Source: Convolutriloba macropyga
Taxonomy: Eukaryota
Direction of reading: 5' to 3'
Length of the DNA stretch: 64,000 bases
Assembly: GCF_964194025.1 (NCBI RefSeq)
Contig: NC_134475.1
Span: 3,038,001-3,102,000, forward strand
The notes under the pieces were generated by a model that searched no databases, was not told the DNA's origin, and saw only the letters and a list, made by a program, of their open reading frames with translations. This document shows positions 1-14,464 of the stretch, piece after piece; the stretch's first letter is position 1, and each line of letters opens with the position of its first letter. Both the position numbers and the translations under genes were made by a program.

Positions 1-2316
1 CAATTTTTGTGGAGCAGTTATGGCAAAAATGTACAAATTGTGCTACCAAAAATGTACAAAATGTACAAATTGTGCTATCAATTTAACATACAGTAGAAGC
101 CCCAATAGCTAATTTATTACTTTAACAGAATTCTGTCAGCAGTTTTTTGCGCATTGTTTTTGACAAAAATGGACAGAATATTCTAAAGACGGCTGATTTC
201 ACGAGAGAGTAGCAGAATCAAAACAAAGCCAAAATTATGTAAGAAAAGCGGTGAATGCAGTTTTTTTTAATCAATTAAGTTTTTTTAAGAGCCAAGATTA
301 ATTACCTCAGTGTAGGCCACAAGCGACACGAGGGCACAAAGGCAGCCGACTAACAACACTTTCATTTCGTATGCCCGTCCAAACTAACTGAATATAACTC
401 AAAGTATAAGTGAACAATTTGAATCTATTCAACCACTATACACATGCGTCCTTATCTGCGACGGCAAACAAAAGAAACTGTTTTGAAGATTTTGAGATAT
501 AATCTATCTCTATAAAGACTAACTTTGAGCTCTTTTTGTTCGAAAGGGTGAATAATTTTGAGTGTCATTAGCTCAGTTGATGAAATATTTGACGTGACGA
601 ACTTATACACTTCTATAAATAATTTAGTTGATTGATTCCAACTCATTGCAGCACCCAACTTTAATTAAGCAAATAGCCTTTATTAGGACCGAACGTTCAG
701 AAAAATTTAATTTTCTTTGAGCAAAAATATTATTTGCATGTTTTGTTCGGGCCGCATTTTTTTGATGAGGGGGGGGGGGGGGTTTCATTCTGATTCAGGG
801 GTAGAGATAAAGTTTGCGACAATTCCGTCGAATCGATGTCAGGAAATATTTGAATGACATCACTGATCATTACATTAAAATGTAATTTTCGATTAATTTT
901 TGAGGAGTTAGTTTATTTGAATTTTTGCAAACTTTCAGGTTTTGAGCCAATTTAATGTAAAGTTCATTTTAAAACCAATTTCAATTTTGTAAACGCATTA
1001 TAAATTAACCAATTGAATGTATAATATACTTTCCAATTGAATCCGATTTCGTTCAGCTCAAAAACTAACGTTAGATATTTTTATTATAGATCAAATTTCG
1101 ACCATTTCAACTCATTGGTTTCTAACTGATATCACTCTCAGCTGCCGTTAAGTCTTTTGTTCAAATGAATATGCTTGCTTCCTTTTAAGACAGAATAAAC
1201 ATATTTTCGATTATCGGAGAACTTCTAAAAAAAACAAATACTTGACAACCAACACCAATATTTTCGGAAAAATAGTGAATATGTAATAATGTGTTGCTTA
1301 ACACGAAAACGAAAGTAGCATTTAGTAGACTTGATATATTTCGCGATATTTAGATCTTTTTGCTATTTCGACGAATTTTGTAGGCCTTGAACAGTTCTAA
1401 AATTCTAGGCAAGAACCTTGACCTGTTGCGAAAACAAGACACTAATGGGAGCATTCACAGTCACAGTTCCCTTTATGCTCAGTAGTAAGAAATGGGGGGG
1501 GGATTCTACCGCTCACTTTTTGAGTCATATTGAAACGTTGTCTGAGCTTCGAAATTTTCTGATTTCAGATTTCAAAATTTCAAAATTAGTCAAAAAGTGG
1601 ACTGCGGACCTCCCCATTTCTATGCTCCTCAGACTGTTTGACTTGAAGAGTTTTCCAAGTTCTGATTAGATTTCTCTCACCGCTACTTTTTCCTAATTTT
1701 CATGCGCAAGCTTTTCTATATTGTCTATTTTTGAGATAAAATTGAATCAATTGAATCAAATTTCTAATCATTAAAATGTCTTTCTCTATTAAAGCGAAAC
1801 TCATTCACAAACTTCAAGCCATTCGTTTTCAATTCTTGCAATAACTTCTGCATTGAATACATTAGGTTACGCTGCATATACGCTATGGTGATTAAAACGC
1901 ATACATTCCATTATACAGCACACAATCGTTACCCGAACAGAACTTCTGAGACCAAAAGATCCGAAAACCTCACTGGAATACACAAGAGCGGATCATAACT
2001 CTCTCTCCTGGTACGATACAATTTCCAAACTAGTGAGATGAAATCGCAAAAACCAAAGCTTCGCAAGAGATACGGCGACAAGTCAGTGTGAAGCGAAACA
2101 GCAAGTGTTTTCGATCGAAATGGTGTTTAATGTAATCAAGAAGCTCTTCTTCTTTGCAGAACTCTGTTTTTATACTGGCAGAGTACGCACTGTCAGGGGC
2201 GGGATTGTTCAAGTTTTTCGAAGAAATAGAATCAGACTTCTTCGAAAAAAAAAACAAAAAAAGAGAAGCAAGCAATCGCTGTTTGGGGGTGCAAAAAAGG
2301 ATATGATATTGATAAA

Positions 2317-4466
2317 CATACCCAGCAGATTGCCGGAAAATAGCCGCCATTGATTCCAATAAGCATGATTGGGATTGAAAGAATAGAAGATATTGAAAAA
2401 AAAATACATTTTTGTGCAAAACATTTTTTAAGTCCGATTTATTTTGATGGCATTTCGTAGCTGAAATTATTTCTGTTTCTTAGAGAGAGGCTACAGGGGC
2501 TACTATTAATTCCAAACATAACCGACTAAACGTCGGAAGAATTGCTCTTGAACGACCAGTGGGAGCTCTAAATCAATTGCAGCCTGCTTCAGTCGGGGGG
2601 GGGGGGCTAAATGGGACTAAGAAGTTCTGTAGTGGTCTTCAAATAACCACATTAGAGGTTAACATATACCACTATTAAGATTTAAAGTAAAAAATGACAC
2701 TAGTTTCGGCGCACTTTTCATTTGACTTTTAGTATTAAATTGCCGCCAATTGAGTTTAGCTGCTTGAAATTGTGATTGAGAGAGAATTTTAGATCACGCG
2801 AAATGCAAAAAGTCAAGGGCGTAAAAGTCACTCGAAAAGTAAAAATTGTCAAGCGAAATTTTGCAAAAAAGACACACACGTTTACAATAATTGCTATGAA
2901 CTACGTTCAAGAGCAATTAATAAGCATAAGAGATGGTAACTAAGACTTATAGGAACGACGTTCAAATAGCGGGCATCTAAAATTGGGCTTTATAGGTTTA
3001 TCCCGTTTCTATTTGACTTCAATTTTTTATACTGACTCTGTTCATTTTGAATTGCTTTGCCAAGCAACTGATGTTCAAATTCAGTTTTAACAGAATGAGA
3101 GAAGAGAGAAACTAGCCTAGAGAAGTCAAAGATTTGACGCAAAATGTCGAAAAAGTGGCAAAATGGTAAAGCGAGAAAAGTTCGACGAAAAAAAAAACAT
3201 AGCAGGACAAGTCCTGACACACAATTCAAATAATTTTCATTGACTAAACACAAAACTAGACCAAGAACGGACTATAAATGGATTGGGAAAACCACTTCGA
3301 AAAAAAATCCGAGCCAAAAAATCGAAAAAACTAAAAATCAAAGTGAAATTGCCGCATGTGAAAAAAACCACCAGCGAGAAAATGAATTTTTGTTCAAACA
3401 CCGTTCTCTCACTCTACCTTAAATTTAGAGCAAAAAAATTTTACGCCGCAAAACCACTCGCTTTTTCGCTTCACTTCCTGTTTCGGCGTGACAAAAATCA
3501 CTACTCCAATTTGACTTCAAAAATCATGAAAATGTGTGAACAGATCTTAAAAAAAAACATAGCCAGAAGAATTCCGGAAACGACTCGAGGTGGAAATCCA
3601 TTTTAATGCCATTTAACTACTCATCAGACAAAACGTGCTTCCACTAATTTAGGATTATCTTGAAATAAAACCATAAAACAAAAAAGTTAAGAAAATCAAG
3701 CCTATTAGAATATGGTGAAAAATCTTATCAAATTTGCCGTCAATCGAGACCCCGAAATAATCATCTCTGTCAAAATTACTTCATCAACACAACTAGTACC
3801 TACTAAAACCACTCATGAGAAGTTTTAAAAATACTTGATGCCAGGTCATGAAAAAATAAGCTCTTCCAAACAACTGACTAAAAAACTGGAAAAAGTTTAT
3901 AAATTTTTTAAGAATACACAAGCACAAAAAGCCAAAGACAAATTCATTTCAGCTAATAGGGTATCCAGATGATCGCAAAACAATAGGCTAGTCATAATAG
4001 GCTAAGAAATGTATCTAAAAAAAGGAAATATTGCAAAAAATTAAGAAAAATGTTTCCAATTTTCGCTATTTTTCGTCATATTTCTCAACAAAAAATTGCT
4101 TCATATCCACAAAACTGCAACTATTTGTTAACTAAAAATTTCTCCAGTAATAGGGGTCTCCAGTAATAGGGGTACAATATCCATTTGAGGCAGTAAAACA
4201 AAAGTAAAATCTCAAAAATTAGCCCAAAAATCAGCAAAATACATGAAAAACATCCGAATTAGCATAAAATTCATATAAATTTCCAGAAACCTTCAAACCG
4301 CTACCAACACCAGCCTAAAAATAAAAGAAAATCATAACCAAACCTCTTAACAAAAACAATAGTCGTGATAAAAAAGACAGCGCCCCAATACAATTCAAAT
4401 TCTTTGAATTGTAAAAAAATTAGGAGCGCTATAATAGCCGGCTGAGAAGATGAGGGCGGCTATTAA
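2317..4466 (-). mobile_element. Nested HINE (non-autonomous Helentron/Helitron2) composite: family D/H containing family I (2517-2920) and family A/C (3198-4413), which contains a family B 3' end at 3558
   Basis: Matching subTIR keys (aatagccgcc; aattgctct.gaacg; acaattcaaa), 3' hairpins and 5' partial inverted repeats. The uninterrupted D/H copy at 25080-25605 shows both empty sites, in A-runs, without TSD. Confidence 0.8.
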
Positions 4467-4479
4467 TTATATGTCCAAA

Positions 4480-5330
4480 GAAGCTGACCTCTATATGTTA
4501 CTTGACATTTTTGAGGAAGAAAATATGAACCTTGAGGTCCTCATTTTTTATCATTTTTTAACACAATAATGACCCGATCCTTTCTCCGCAAAAAGAGTTA
4601 GTGGAGTGGCCAGCATATAACAGTCCAGATCTGAATCCAATCAAACATTTTGGGTGGTTTCGAAGCTGCAATTACGAAAAAAGATAGAACTATGGAGAAA
4701 ATTTAGTGTTAAAATTTTGAATTAAATTGCTGCAGATGTAAAGACATTTGTTTGAAAAGCTTAAGGCGTAAACATAACCCACTAACGTCGGGTGAATTGC
4801 TCTCAAACAACAGCCGAGCGGTTGCCTTCGGTAGTAGGTATTTAGGGTTGATAGCATTAAGGCGGGGTGCCCGGTGTGTGTGTGTTGAAGGGTCAAGCAA
4901 TGGGGTGGGGGGGTTGTAGGATTGAGAAGGCTAGATGAGAGGGGAGTTCAAATCGACAGGTGGAAGAGGGTGGACAATGGAAGTGTTGAGGGGGGGGGGG
5001 GATAAGAATCGCCCTTCACACCATGAAATTGTCTCCTCAAAACAGTTTTGGTGAATCTCATTCTTAAAGAATAGTGAGGCTTAGGGCTCTAAGACAATTT
5101 AATGCCCTCTGAGCGCTACCTGTTTATCCCTCTTTTGAGGAGGAAAAGTCAAATGGGTCAAGCGAAAAATCGCATGAAAGCCCACAGGACTAATATAATT
5201 GCTAAACTTCGTTTGCGAGCAATTAATGACGCTTTTCTTTATATCTGATTTGAACTCAGAATGTTAACTTTGTTTTTTTGACGTTTTTTTTAATCTTCAG
5301 GTGTACGCAGCATTTTGATACCATACTGGT
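4480..5330 (+). mobile_element. Decayed Tc1/mariner transposase 3' fragment interrupted by a HINE (4773-5226)
   Basis: gagtggccagcatataacagtccagatctgaatccaatc encodes a frameshifted EWPAY-SPDLNPI. The sequence resumes after the HINE as in the relative at 43200-43860. Confidence 0.65.
4773..5226 (-). mobile_element. HINE family I copy with G-rich/microsatellite interior
   Basis: cataacccactaacgtcggg hairpin plus aattgctctcaaac at the left end; aattgctaaacttcgtttgcgagcaattaa at the right end. Confidence 0.8.
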
Positions 5331-6959
5331 CCAACGATTGCTATTACGGATGTCAGTTTGTCGCACAATTAGGCTGTAAGCCCAGCTCTCTCTCATTAAC
5401 AGTTATAATCGAACTAGCTAATGACACCCCCCTTAGTTTTGTGCGTAAACTTTTACCAACCCTAGCACATGCTCTTTCTAAAACGTTCTACACATAACGA
5501 TGAATAATTATTATTACGTCCAATAAAGGTCACATTGGACCTGAAGACAGATTTGATCCGACGAAAAACAAGCATCAGAACAGACACTAATCGTTACTTG
5601 GTCAATTTAATTCATGAATGAATCAACTCATTTTGGTCATTCTAATTCATCTCACAGGGGGCAACTGCAGTCAATCATTGATGTTCTGCCATTCGTACTA
5701 TATAGGTGAACACAAATTAGTGCATATTTATTTATTGATTTCATCTAACTGTTATATTAGCCGTTGGTAAGAAATGAATTTCGCAAATAGCACAAAATAC
5801 AGACGCATTTCTGTGGCCTACTCTAAAAATCTTACTGGATCTTGACAAACAACATAAAATATTTCTTGAAGACTTAATTTCAAAGGAAAAAGTAAATCAA
5901 CTTATTAAACACAATAAATCACAATGAAATACGTCACAAGTAACAAAATCTAGTCTAAAGTAGCACCAATTAATGACAATGACATCCACATCACAAATTA
6001 CGTTGCCAGATTGCTTCAAATTGCTCGACTAACTTAAGTGGTGACATATCAGGGGAGAAATCAAAGAGAACTGGTCGTCATCTCTGGGCCGTTATTGTTC
6101 CCCACAAATAAGAAAAGGGGCAGCTGAGAACAGGCTACTATAGGCCTAATGCTGTTCCGCTGCGCTTACGCAGGAACCACAATTATTATTATTATTATTA
6201 TTATTATTATCAAATCAGAAAACGGGTCGTGATAGCTGACGAGGCAAGAAAATCTAATTCAACTGCTCTAGTGATGAGTGAAGTTAAAACTTGCAAGAAT
6301 CTTGCAAGCTTATTCAATACTTGCAAGAATCTTGCAAGAATATTACAAGATATCAATCAAGGCAAAAAATAAATCAGGGTGCAAATGTTTCAGAAAACTT
6401 CTTTGAAGCACATTATTGTTTAGTGAACAAATTACAAAACCGAATTCGATGAAAAATTTTTCAGCCCGGATTCAAAATCTTGCAAGATTAAACAACTTTT
6501 CGACAAATAACTGTAGACATCTTGACCCAACCAAATCAGTCTTTTTAAAGATTAATTAGCCTACTCTAGAAAACGACCAAAACAAACACTTTCAATCTTT
6601 CATTTCTTAATCAAACAAATTATTTAAAAAGCAACAACAAGTTGGAATATTTTGTTACTGATCCAATCGGTAATTGAGGATCTTTTTGTAGTCGTAAAGA
6701 ATATTCTGAGCATTGTTAGGTCCGATTATCTTCTTAACGAGATTTTATCTTAACTTATTTGATCCCTTCAATTGATAGCTATTGATGTTTATGTCCTTGA
6801 AGGTATTTCATTCGAAAAGTACTGGTAACTTTTTGAAGTTTCATTTTTTGTTCTGAATTCATTCCAATTATAGTTTAGGCGCATCATACAGAAACTCAGC
6901 CTCACTTTTATGGTACATCAAACGTTAATTCCGTCGCTGATCTTATGCTAACTTATGTT

Positions 6960-7600
6960 TTTTTTTTAAATTCCGTGGTAAGTTCCGATTGACCCCATGC
7001 ATCAGATTTTTCTCGGTGCTGCAAAAATTTTAGCTATAGTTATAATTTCTAAGGTAACTAAAAACTCAAAAGCTGTTTTTGAAAGCAATCTATTAAATTC
7101 TATGGTTCCGTATGAGAGTCTACATAAGGCAAACAGTATGAAAGAAGTGAAGTACTGGAAAGCAGCAGATTTTCGCCTATTTTTTTCCATACCGGTCCTC
7201 TACTTGAACGACAAAATTATATCAAGGACTTGAAGCTTTTAGAGTTGTTCAACAGACTTTCGTTAGCTATAAGGTTTCTCAGTGAGCATTTTGTACGATA
7301 TCTTGATAGCCGAGTACTTGATATCCTACGCTGAAAAACATAAAACTGTTCTGTTCACTTTTTTTGCATGTTTTTGGCTGGGAATCGCAATCTTTCAACA
7401 TGCACACAAAACGACATTTAATTGATCAAGTAAAAAAATTGGGCCGGTGGCTGGTTTCGACTTTCTTGTTTGAGTCTGCAAATCATATGTCAACAAAAAC
7501 AGTGAAAGGATCCATAAGTAATCCGCACAAAAATGTTTGTAATTTTCTCCTACAACAGAGGTCTCTCGAAAGAAAAAAACAATAAATACGTCTCTGTATT
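6960..7600 (+). mobile_element. Decayed CACTA/EnSpm (CMC) transposase fragment
   Basis: IDPMHQIFLGAAK, YWKAADFRLFF and FGWESQSFNMH..HL.DQVKKLG...TFLFESANH match the D-x-MH..LG, WKA.E.R.F and N.H...HL....G...F.FES motifs of animal EnSpm transposases. Frameshifted. Confidence 0.7.
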
Positions 7601-9949
7601 GCACACTTAACCATGTTAATCAAGCTTTCGCCACTGCTTACAATCTTACTGAAATAAGAAGTCGATACATTTTGCAATGTGTTTACACATCTCCCTCTTT
7701 CATTTATAATGAAAGCAAAATTTCAAAGAGTTTGGCTCAGCTGACTTCCAAAAAGCCTGTTAGAATTGATTTTTTTTATTAAATGCGCATAACGGGAAAA
7801 TCACAGCAGTAAGATTTTATAAAAGCATACAATTTGATGATTTTTTTCCGGGACTTAAGTGATTCTGATGCTCTCCATTTTCAACATTTTTTCTCAGAAG
7901 GCAAGCCCGGAAATCTAGAAATAATTGACGTTGCTTAATTTCAATGAAATGCGTTCTTTTAGAATCTTCCAAAGATGTGAACATGGTCAGCGTTATGAGA
8001 GAGGGTTTTGAACATAATTAGACCCTCAATTAACTGAGTTTTTTCAAATATTCGATGTTTTGTTAGGGTTCAAGTTTAAGTTGAGAAATTGCCGACAGTG
8101 GTTCAGTTCAACCTTAGGTCTCACGGTTTGCTCTTTTTCTTTCGGTCGGTGGTCTGGCCATTGCACGGTCGGTTGTCGCTCTGGAAATTTTTCCTGCTTT
8201 CTTTTTATAGGCAATGAACCCGAAACAAAATGCAATACTGAGAATTGGCGACTCTATTATCCAGCATATAAGGAACATCTTGAACGATAGATACCTCAAA
8301 CAGCTTCCTATTAATGTTGAGTTAGCGGAAGACGAGCCATAGATCTTGGAGAAAACGACATTCTATAGTCAATGCAATTTCGATACGTTGTTATCAAGTT
8401 AGGCAAAAATGATCTTGAAAGGCTCAAAAATCCTGCAGCAGTAGATCCTAAAGCATTAAACCTTTCACTTTCTATAAGCCTCTAAATGAAAACCGCACTC
8501 GAGTGAGAGTTATTAAACTTCTGCCCCGTAAAGATGTTTGAAATAACTTGATTATGGAAGCTATCGAGGTCCCTAAAAAGCATTTGGGACAAAACTTGTT
8601 AAAAAACACGCATATGTATATGATGCTGTTCAATGAAAAAACGGTGGCTTTCATCCTGTCGAAAACGGCAAGTTTGAAAGCTTGCAATTTCTTCTGAAAG
8701 CTTGTGAAACTTTTGGGTTTTGTGTTAAAGACGTTGCAAAGAAATTGTAATAGCAGTTTGTTAATGAGTGCTCTGCTGCGCAGAACCTAAGTTAATGTTC
8801 TTACTGTTAAGTTGCTTACCTGTTCTTTGTTGTTTTTAAACGTAAAATTACCTGAAGTCTTTGATGTATTAACTTAACTGTTGCTTCATACGTTAACTTA
8901 CTCAGTTCTATTTTGATTACTAAATTTCAAATGCATTTTCTTTGTTACTTTATGGATACAGCTTTTCGTATATTCAGCTGCACAATTTGATCTTTTCCTT
9001 TATGAGATTAAGAGGAACTAATAATGTCAAGAAAGTGAGATGCTCCTTACAGTGGTAGAGCACTTAGTTAGGCTTGAGTGAGAGTGGGAGTAGCTTCTAT
9101 AGAATTTTGAACTAGCAGCTAATGTCAGTTGTTCTTTTGATTTCTGGTTTTGTTCTCTTTGTTTCTTTTGGCTTCATGACTTAATGGTTTTAACCTGTGA
9201 CTTGATAAATAACTCGAGCACAACAACTTTTTTGTTTTGTAGTCTATTTTTTGCGTATTTCTTTGTTTTGTACTATTATTTAATCCATTACTGTATGAGC
9301 AGTTTTTGTATGAGAAGTTTTTGATAGCTTTGATGTGTCGCGGTTCTTTTTATCGTATACTTCCTTCTTCTTTCTTTGTTTCCCTGGTAGTTTCAATTAT
9401 GTTTCCATTACGTCTTTTTTCTTTGTTTTTGTGCTTTGATTCAATCAATAGCACTATGACGACAGTCTTCAAACAGCATTGTAGTCTCGATTTATTTTTC
9501 AAATGTTTTGATTCCTTTTTTGCTCGTTTTTTAATGGTTTTGTGTGCTGTGATTTGAATAAAACTTGAAAACAGCACATTGAGTGATACATTTTTTTTGG
9601 TTTTCTAACCAATTTTCTGGATTTCATTTGTTTTTGTGCTATGATCCAATTAAAAAGAGCTTGAGCACAAACGCTTTAACATAGCTTTTTTGTTTTTTGG
9701 TTTTCAATTTCTTTTTTGAATGCTTTTTTCCTTGTTCGTCACTTGCTCCTCTGGTAGTTTCTAGACTGTCTTTGCTGTGATTCGAATAATTGATATGAGC
9801 TCACTTAGTAAAGAATTAGTTTGTTCTTTAGTCTGTTTTCTTTGCGGTTTTCTGCTTTGTTTTGGTGCCATGATTCAACCAATAACAGAATGAGCACAAG
9901 AACTTTTAAATAGCAAGGTTTTCTTGTGTTTTTAGTGATTAAAATTTTA

Positions 9950-12400
9950 ATTACTTAATATTTTTCCAATTGTGCGGAAGAACATGTCATCTCTCAGTGA
10001 CTGATGTCCAGAGGGCAGAGTTGAGACTCGGTCGCTCATAATGAATCGCCTGTCATCGTAGCCCGAAAACGACTTTTTGTTTACAACAATTGTGTGGAGC
10101 CTGTGGTTGTTCGAAGCTATTGAGGTGTTGAAGAGGCGCATTACCTCGCCACCAAGAATCGTTCTCTTGTATGGTTCGTGGGTCATGCTACGTCGTGCAT
10201 CAAGTTACTCTTTTCGCTGATTGCTTAGCCGGCCGAGCCAGAAAAAAAAACTAGTGACACTTTATAGCGGCAATGTAACGTGCGAAAAAACTTACTGCTT
10301 TGATGTCACTTTTGTGTCTGAGTGTGTAGTTTGTGTGTGTGGCTTGGTACACAATTGAACAAAACACTTAAAGCTACTTTCAGCAAGCTTGATTGAGCAT
10401 AACTTGTGTTTCAGTCCAAAGAACTCTCATATAAGCCTGCTTCCCATCTCATCCTTGAATCTGAGGGTAACACGTGCGTTGTCCTTTTTATGCAAAGGAT
10501 GCTCGGTAGGGAAGTTGGAAAAATCAAATTGATCAGCTACGCCTTTTTTCCGCTGCCAATCGGCTAAGATATCTCTTGATCGCACTTCATAAACGAACGA
10601 TGCTTTGTCCAGGAACAACAAATTGCAGTCAAAGTTTTTCTTCATTACTTTGTAATGCAATTCAATTATATATTTCTTAGCCAGATCCAATATGCACGCA
10701 CCGGCTAATGTCGGCTTTTCCCATAATATTTCAAGCTGTTGAAGGGTTACAGTTACTAGATCTTCGCAGATAATTTTCGATGACTTGTACTCGGGTCTGT
10801 CTGTCCATTTAAGAGTTTCCACTTCAGTGCGCGTCAGTTTCACTTAAATCTGGTTTCGCTTTCCCTCGCAAGTCTTTCCGAAAGAAGAATTGACCATTAA
10901 TTTAAAATGTTTAAATTTGGTTTTTGCCTGCTTTCTCTTTTCGGTGTTTAGTCGCACATAGTGAGTCAACAACTTGTCTAGTTTGAATGACAGCACGCGG
11001 TGCAATTTTTTTACGATTAGTCCCAATTTTACATAGAGATTCAGAGTGTGATAATGCAGCGCGCAGTTCATCTAACAAATAACACTGGTACTGACTCAGC
11101 CTGCTTCAATCAATCGCTTCTTCAGCTGGTGCCAAAAGAAAATCTGAGCTCAAATCAGATAGCTGAAGTCTACTTCGACAATGAAGCCAGTCTAATCATC
11201 ATCTGGTGTTTTCAAAAAGTTGCAGTATTTCCTGGGCCCTGTATGAGACTTTCCCCCATGTCCAACTGTTCGCGATCAGTCAACAGTTTCAGATCTGGTT
11301 GGCAATCTTTCACCATTGCGTCACCAGACAAATGCGATGCCGTGTAATACTGGCATCAATTTGCTCCATGTCTCGTAGTGTACATTACGGAAACATAACA
11401 CAACAGCGGCAAGGAGAAAAACGTCTGTTTTTAGATACAACTTGTACTACTCTCCGATATTTTGACATTGATTCAAATTGAATTTCTCGATCGCGCGCGC
11501 ATTTTCAGCTTCGGTTACTGTATTTTCAAATTGCTGCGAGCTGGTTGTCCATTTCTCTCAAAGGGTGGAAGCTGTGTCTCGCAACTTTTCAAAGCTATTA
11601 ATGTAGCAGTATGGGAAGCATCCCTTCTGCTTCAGCAATTTAGTGGACGATTCGGGCCAAGATTGTAAATGCTGTTCGAGTAATGTGAATTGGTCAGAGG
11701 ACAAGTTTTGCACTAACTTGTCGAGCGATGCATTCATAAATTTGAATGAATCCGGAGTCGTATGTATTTGTACTGCTTTCGCCACGCCCTTTTTGTTATG
11801 AATTGACTTGACGTTTACAGCAATTTGCAGCGAAATAAATTTCCCAATCAAGTTCGGAACAATTGAAATTGTGTTCGTCTCATTCAAACTTTGTAGTGGT
11901 AGCACCACAGGATGAAGATCGTAATTTGCTAAATTGTGAGCAAAAACTGGGGTGAAGTTTATTGTTCTGCGTTTTAAATTGCAGAAAGTGTGTGCCCAGC
12001 CAAAAAACTTTCCAGTGGAGTGGCAATGTTCCAGCACCGTGAAGTGGCAGGATTTTGCTGGCTTTGATCTGATTCAGACTCACCGATCCAGCAACGACTT
12101 GCTTCGACTTTAGATATTGTTGGCTCACCTTCGCAGTTTTGGTGTTTTTGCTTGAATTCCTAAATTTGTTCAACGATTTTTGCAAGCGACTTGACAAACT
12201 CGGACATCACATTAGGCCCACTTTTGATACCGATGAAGTAAGGTTCAACTTCATTGAGTGCAATAAAAAGCAAAGCATAGCTACAGATTTTGTGAAGCAG
12301 TACAGGAAGCATTTTTCATCTGATCTGTAACGGATATTCAGCAGGTATTGACATCTAGCTAACTCGGTTTTGATCTTACCATACGAATCTCGCCACAAGA
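9950..12400 (-). mobile_element. Decayed protein-primed family B DNA polymerase of a Polinton/Maverick-like (adintovirus-related) element
   Basis: Collinear motifs across broken ORFs: EKCFLYC, HCHSTGKFFGWAHTFCNL, PVFAHNLANYDLH, DSFKFMNASLDKLVQNL, KGCFPYCYINSFEKL, HYHTLNLYVKLGLIVKKLHRVLSF, FKLMVNSSFGKT, ACILDLAK, degenerate YTDTDS (FLDKAS), FDFSNFP, FKDE, YDDRR. Confidence 0.88.
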
Positions 12401-12404
12401 GCCC

Positions 12405-12780
12405 TCATTTGCGCTCCACTTCCCGTTTGGGCGAGACCAAAATTACTACTCCAATTTGATTTCAATAATGATGAAAATGTGTGAACAGATCTTTAAAAAA
12501 GACAACTTCCCAATACGAATCAAATTCTTTGAATTGTAATCAAAAACAGGAGCGGAATAAAAGTCTGAAGAGAAGATGAAGGCGGCTATTAAAAAAATCT
12601 AAAACAGTAAAAAATGACGTCACGCACGCAATTCAAATAAGATTGCATTGAACGAATGAACAAAAAGCAGATTCGAAGTGAATGATTGTGACGTCATTTG
12701 GTCCTAACAAAAATATTGACGGAGAAATAATAAACAAGAGAAGGCCAATAGTAGCCTCGGTTATCACATTGCAGCTTCCA
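12405..12780 (-). mobile_element. Eroded HINE nest remnant (A interior + C 5' end + D 5' end + F segment)
   Basis: Diverged copies of the same modules in the closing order seen in the other nests. Confidence 0.65.
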
Positions 12781-13634
12781 ACAGGGATCTCGAACAATTT
12801 CCTTCCTAGTATTCATACAAGGATCATAAATGATTTCTTAGTAGTCATGCAAGGATCTTAAATGATTTCATACAAGTCTTATTCCAACTGATGCAAATAT
12901 TCCTGGTCGCAATAAGCCTTCTCATATGCTTTTCTCTCATGAGCTCTGACCATAATCATTTACGATTTCTATTGTTTCTTACGAGGATCATGTATAATAC
13001 CTTTGAAGTCATACAAGGATCATGCTAGGAAATAGTGCATGATTTGCATGGCATCAAGTTTAATCCTTGAATGACTACTAAGAAATGTCGACTCGGGTTG
13101 GTAATTATACCAACCTCAAGGAACCAAAGGGTCAATGATGATCGTTTAGAGGCTATTGAAAGAAATAGTTTGTTCACTAAACTTCAATCATTTGAAATTT
13201 CATTAATTTGCTTAAGATGGGATAGCTCTCAAGTATTAACAAATATTTGGGGTTTTCTCTCAAAGTTTTTGATCAAGTTTTGCGAATTGACTTCTTGGAC
13301 CAAATTGAATGAAATAGTCGAACTACTTTATAAATGCTATTTCTAATCTTAAAGCAAAAAATCGCTATTGTTTTTTTGTTTATCACCGCTCACTTAATTA
13401 TATTGGAATCCGTTGAAGTTGTATTATAGGAGCCGATATTTGCTTTGAGTAAAACCATGAAGACCCAAAAAATTTACCCGAATATTCAAGAATATGACAT
13501 CTATAACGGCCATAGGTCTCAGCTGACATTTGATCATGTTTGAAGCAGTCTGTAATTGAACTGTTATAAATTATAAGTGCGTGAATCTTAGCATGGCACT
13601 TTTTGACAGCTGTTTGCTGTCCTTCTATTCTAGC

Positions 13635-14413
13635 TCACTGGGGTGGTTGTTCTGAGAACTTGTGCATGTTGCTGATAACATCGGCCATTTGACGAAGACG
13701 TTCAATTCCACTCAGCATGTTTCTAAAAAGCAAACATAACCGATTAGTGTCGGAAAATTGCTCTGGAACAACTAGCGGGATCTCAAAGCTATTACATCCT
13801 GCTTCAGTCGGAGTGGGGGAGTACCTATATTCACTAAAGAGGCGTCAGATGACGTCATTAGACGTTATCATATACCGCTATAACCACTTATAAAATTCAA
13901 GAGTAAAAATTACACCAATTTCGGCGCACTTTTTATTTGACTTTTAGTAGTGACCTGCGGCCACTTGAGATCAGCTGCTGCACTTGTAATAGAGAGAAAT
14001 TTTTATCACGCAAAACGAAATACTCAAGGACGTAAAAGTCACTGGAAAAATCAAAACAGTTAAGCAAAAATTTTGCTGCATTAAAAACATAGCCGTAGAA
14101 TACCGGAAACGACTCGAAAATTCGTGCAATGAGAACTCATAACTAACCAACTCCACCTAATTCAAAAATATAAAAACAAAGCAACATATAGTTAGAAACA
14201 ACCTATTTTAGTTAGGAATGAGGTTAGGTGGGTGTGTGAGGGGGGTAGGTATGATGGGGCGGTAGGACGTGTGTGGTTAGTTAGGTTTAGGGGGTAGGTG
14301 TTCGTAATTATAAGTAGGGTTAGGTTGCTGGGGTGTGAGGTGGTACCGAGGGTGTACATAATGGGTTTGTCGGGGTTAGGTGGGGGTGTGCAGTAGGTGC
14401 GCGAAGGAAAATT

Positions 14414-14464
<51 letters not shown>

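Noticed and set aside
300-700. Possible hAT transposase remnant (CGLH motif, minus strand)
   Set aside because: Only one short motif; not enough to support a call.
3283-3606. Recurrent ORF ...AAKPLAFSLHFLFRRD..YSNLTSKIMKM (also at 18318, 27137 and 45490) as a gene family
   Set aside because: It is the interior of the A/C repeat; starts and frames differ between copies through indels in A-runs.
14170-14400. Interstitial telomeric repeat (ttagg-like words)
   Set aside because: Irregular G-rich low-complexity sequence with no tandem register.
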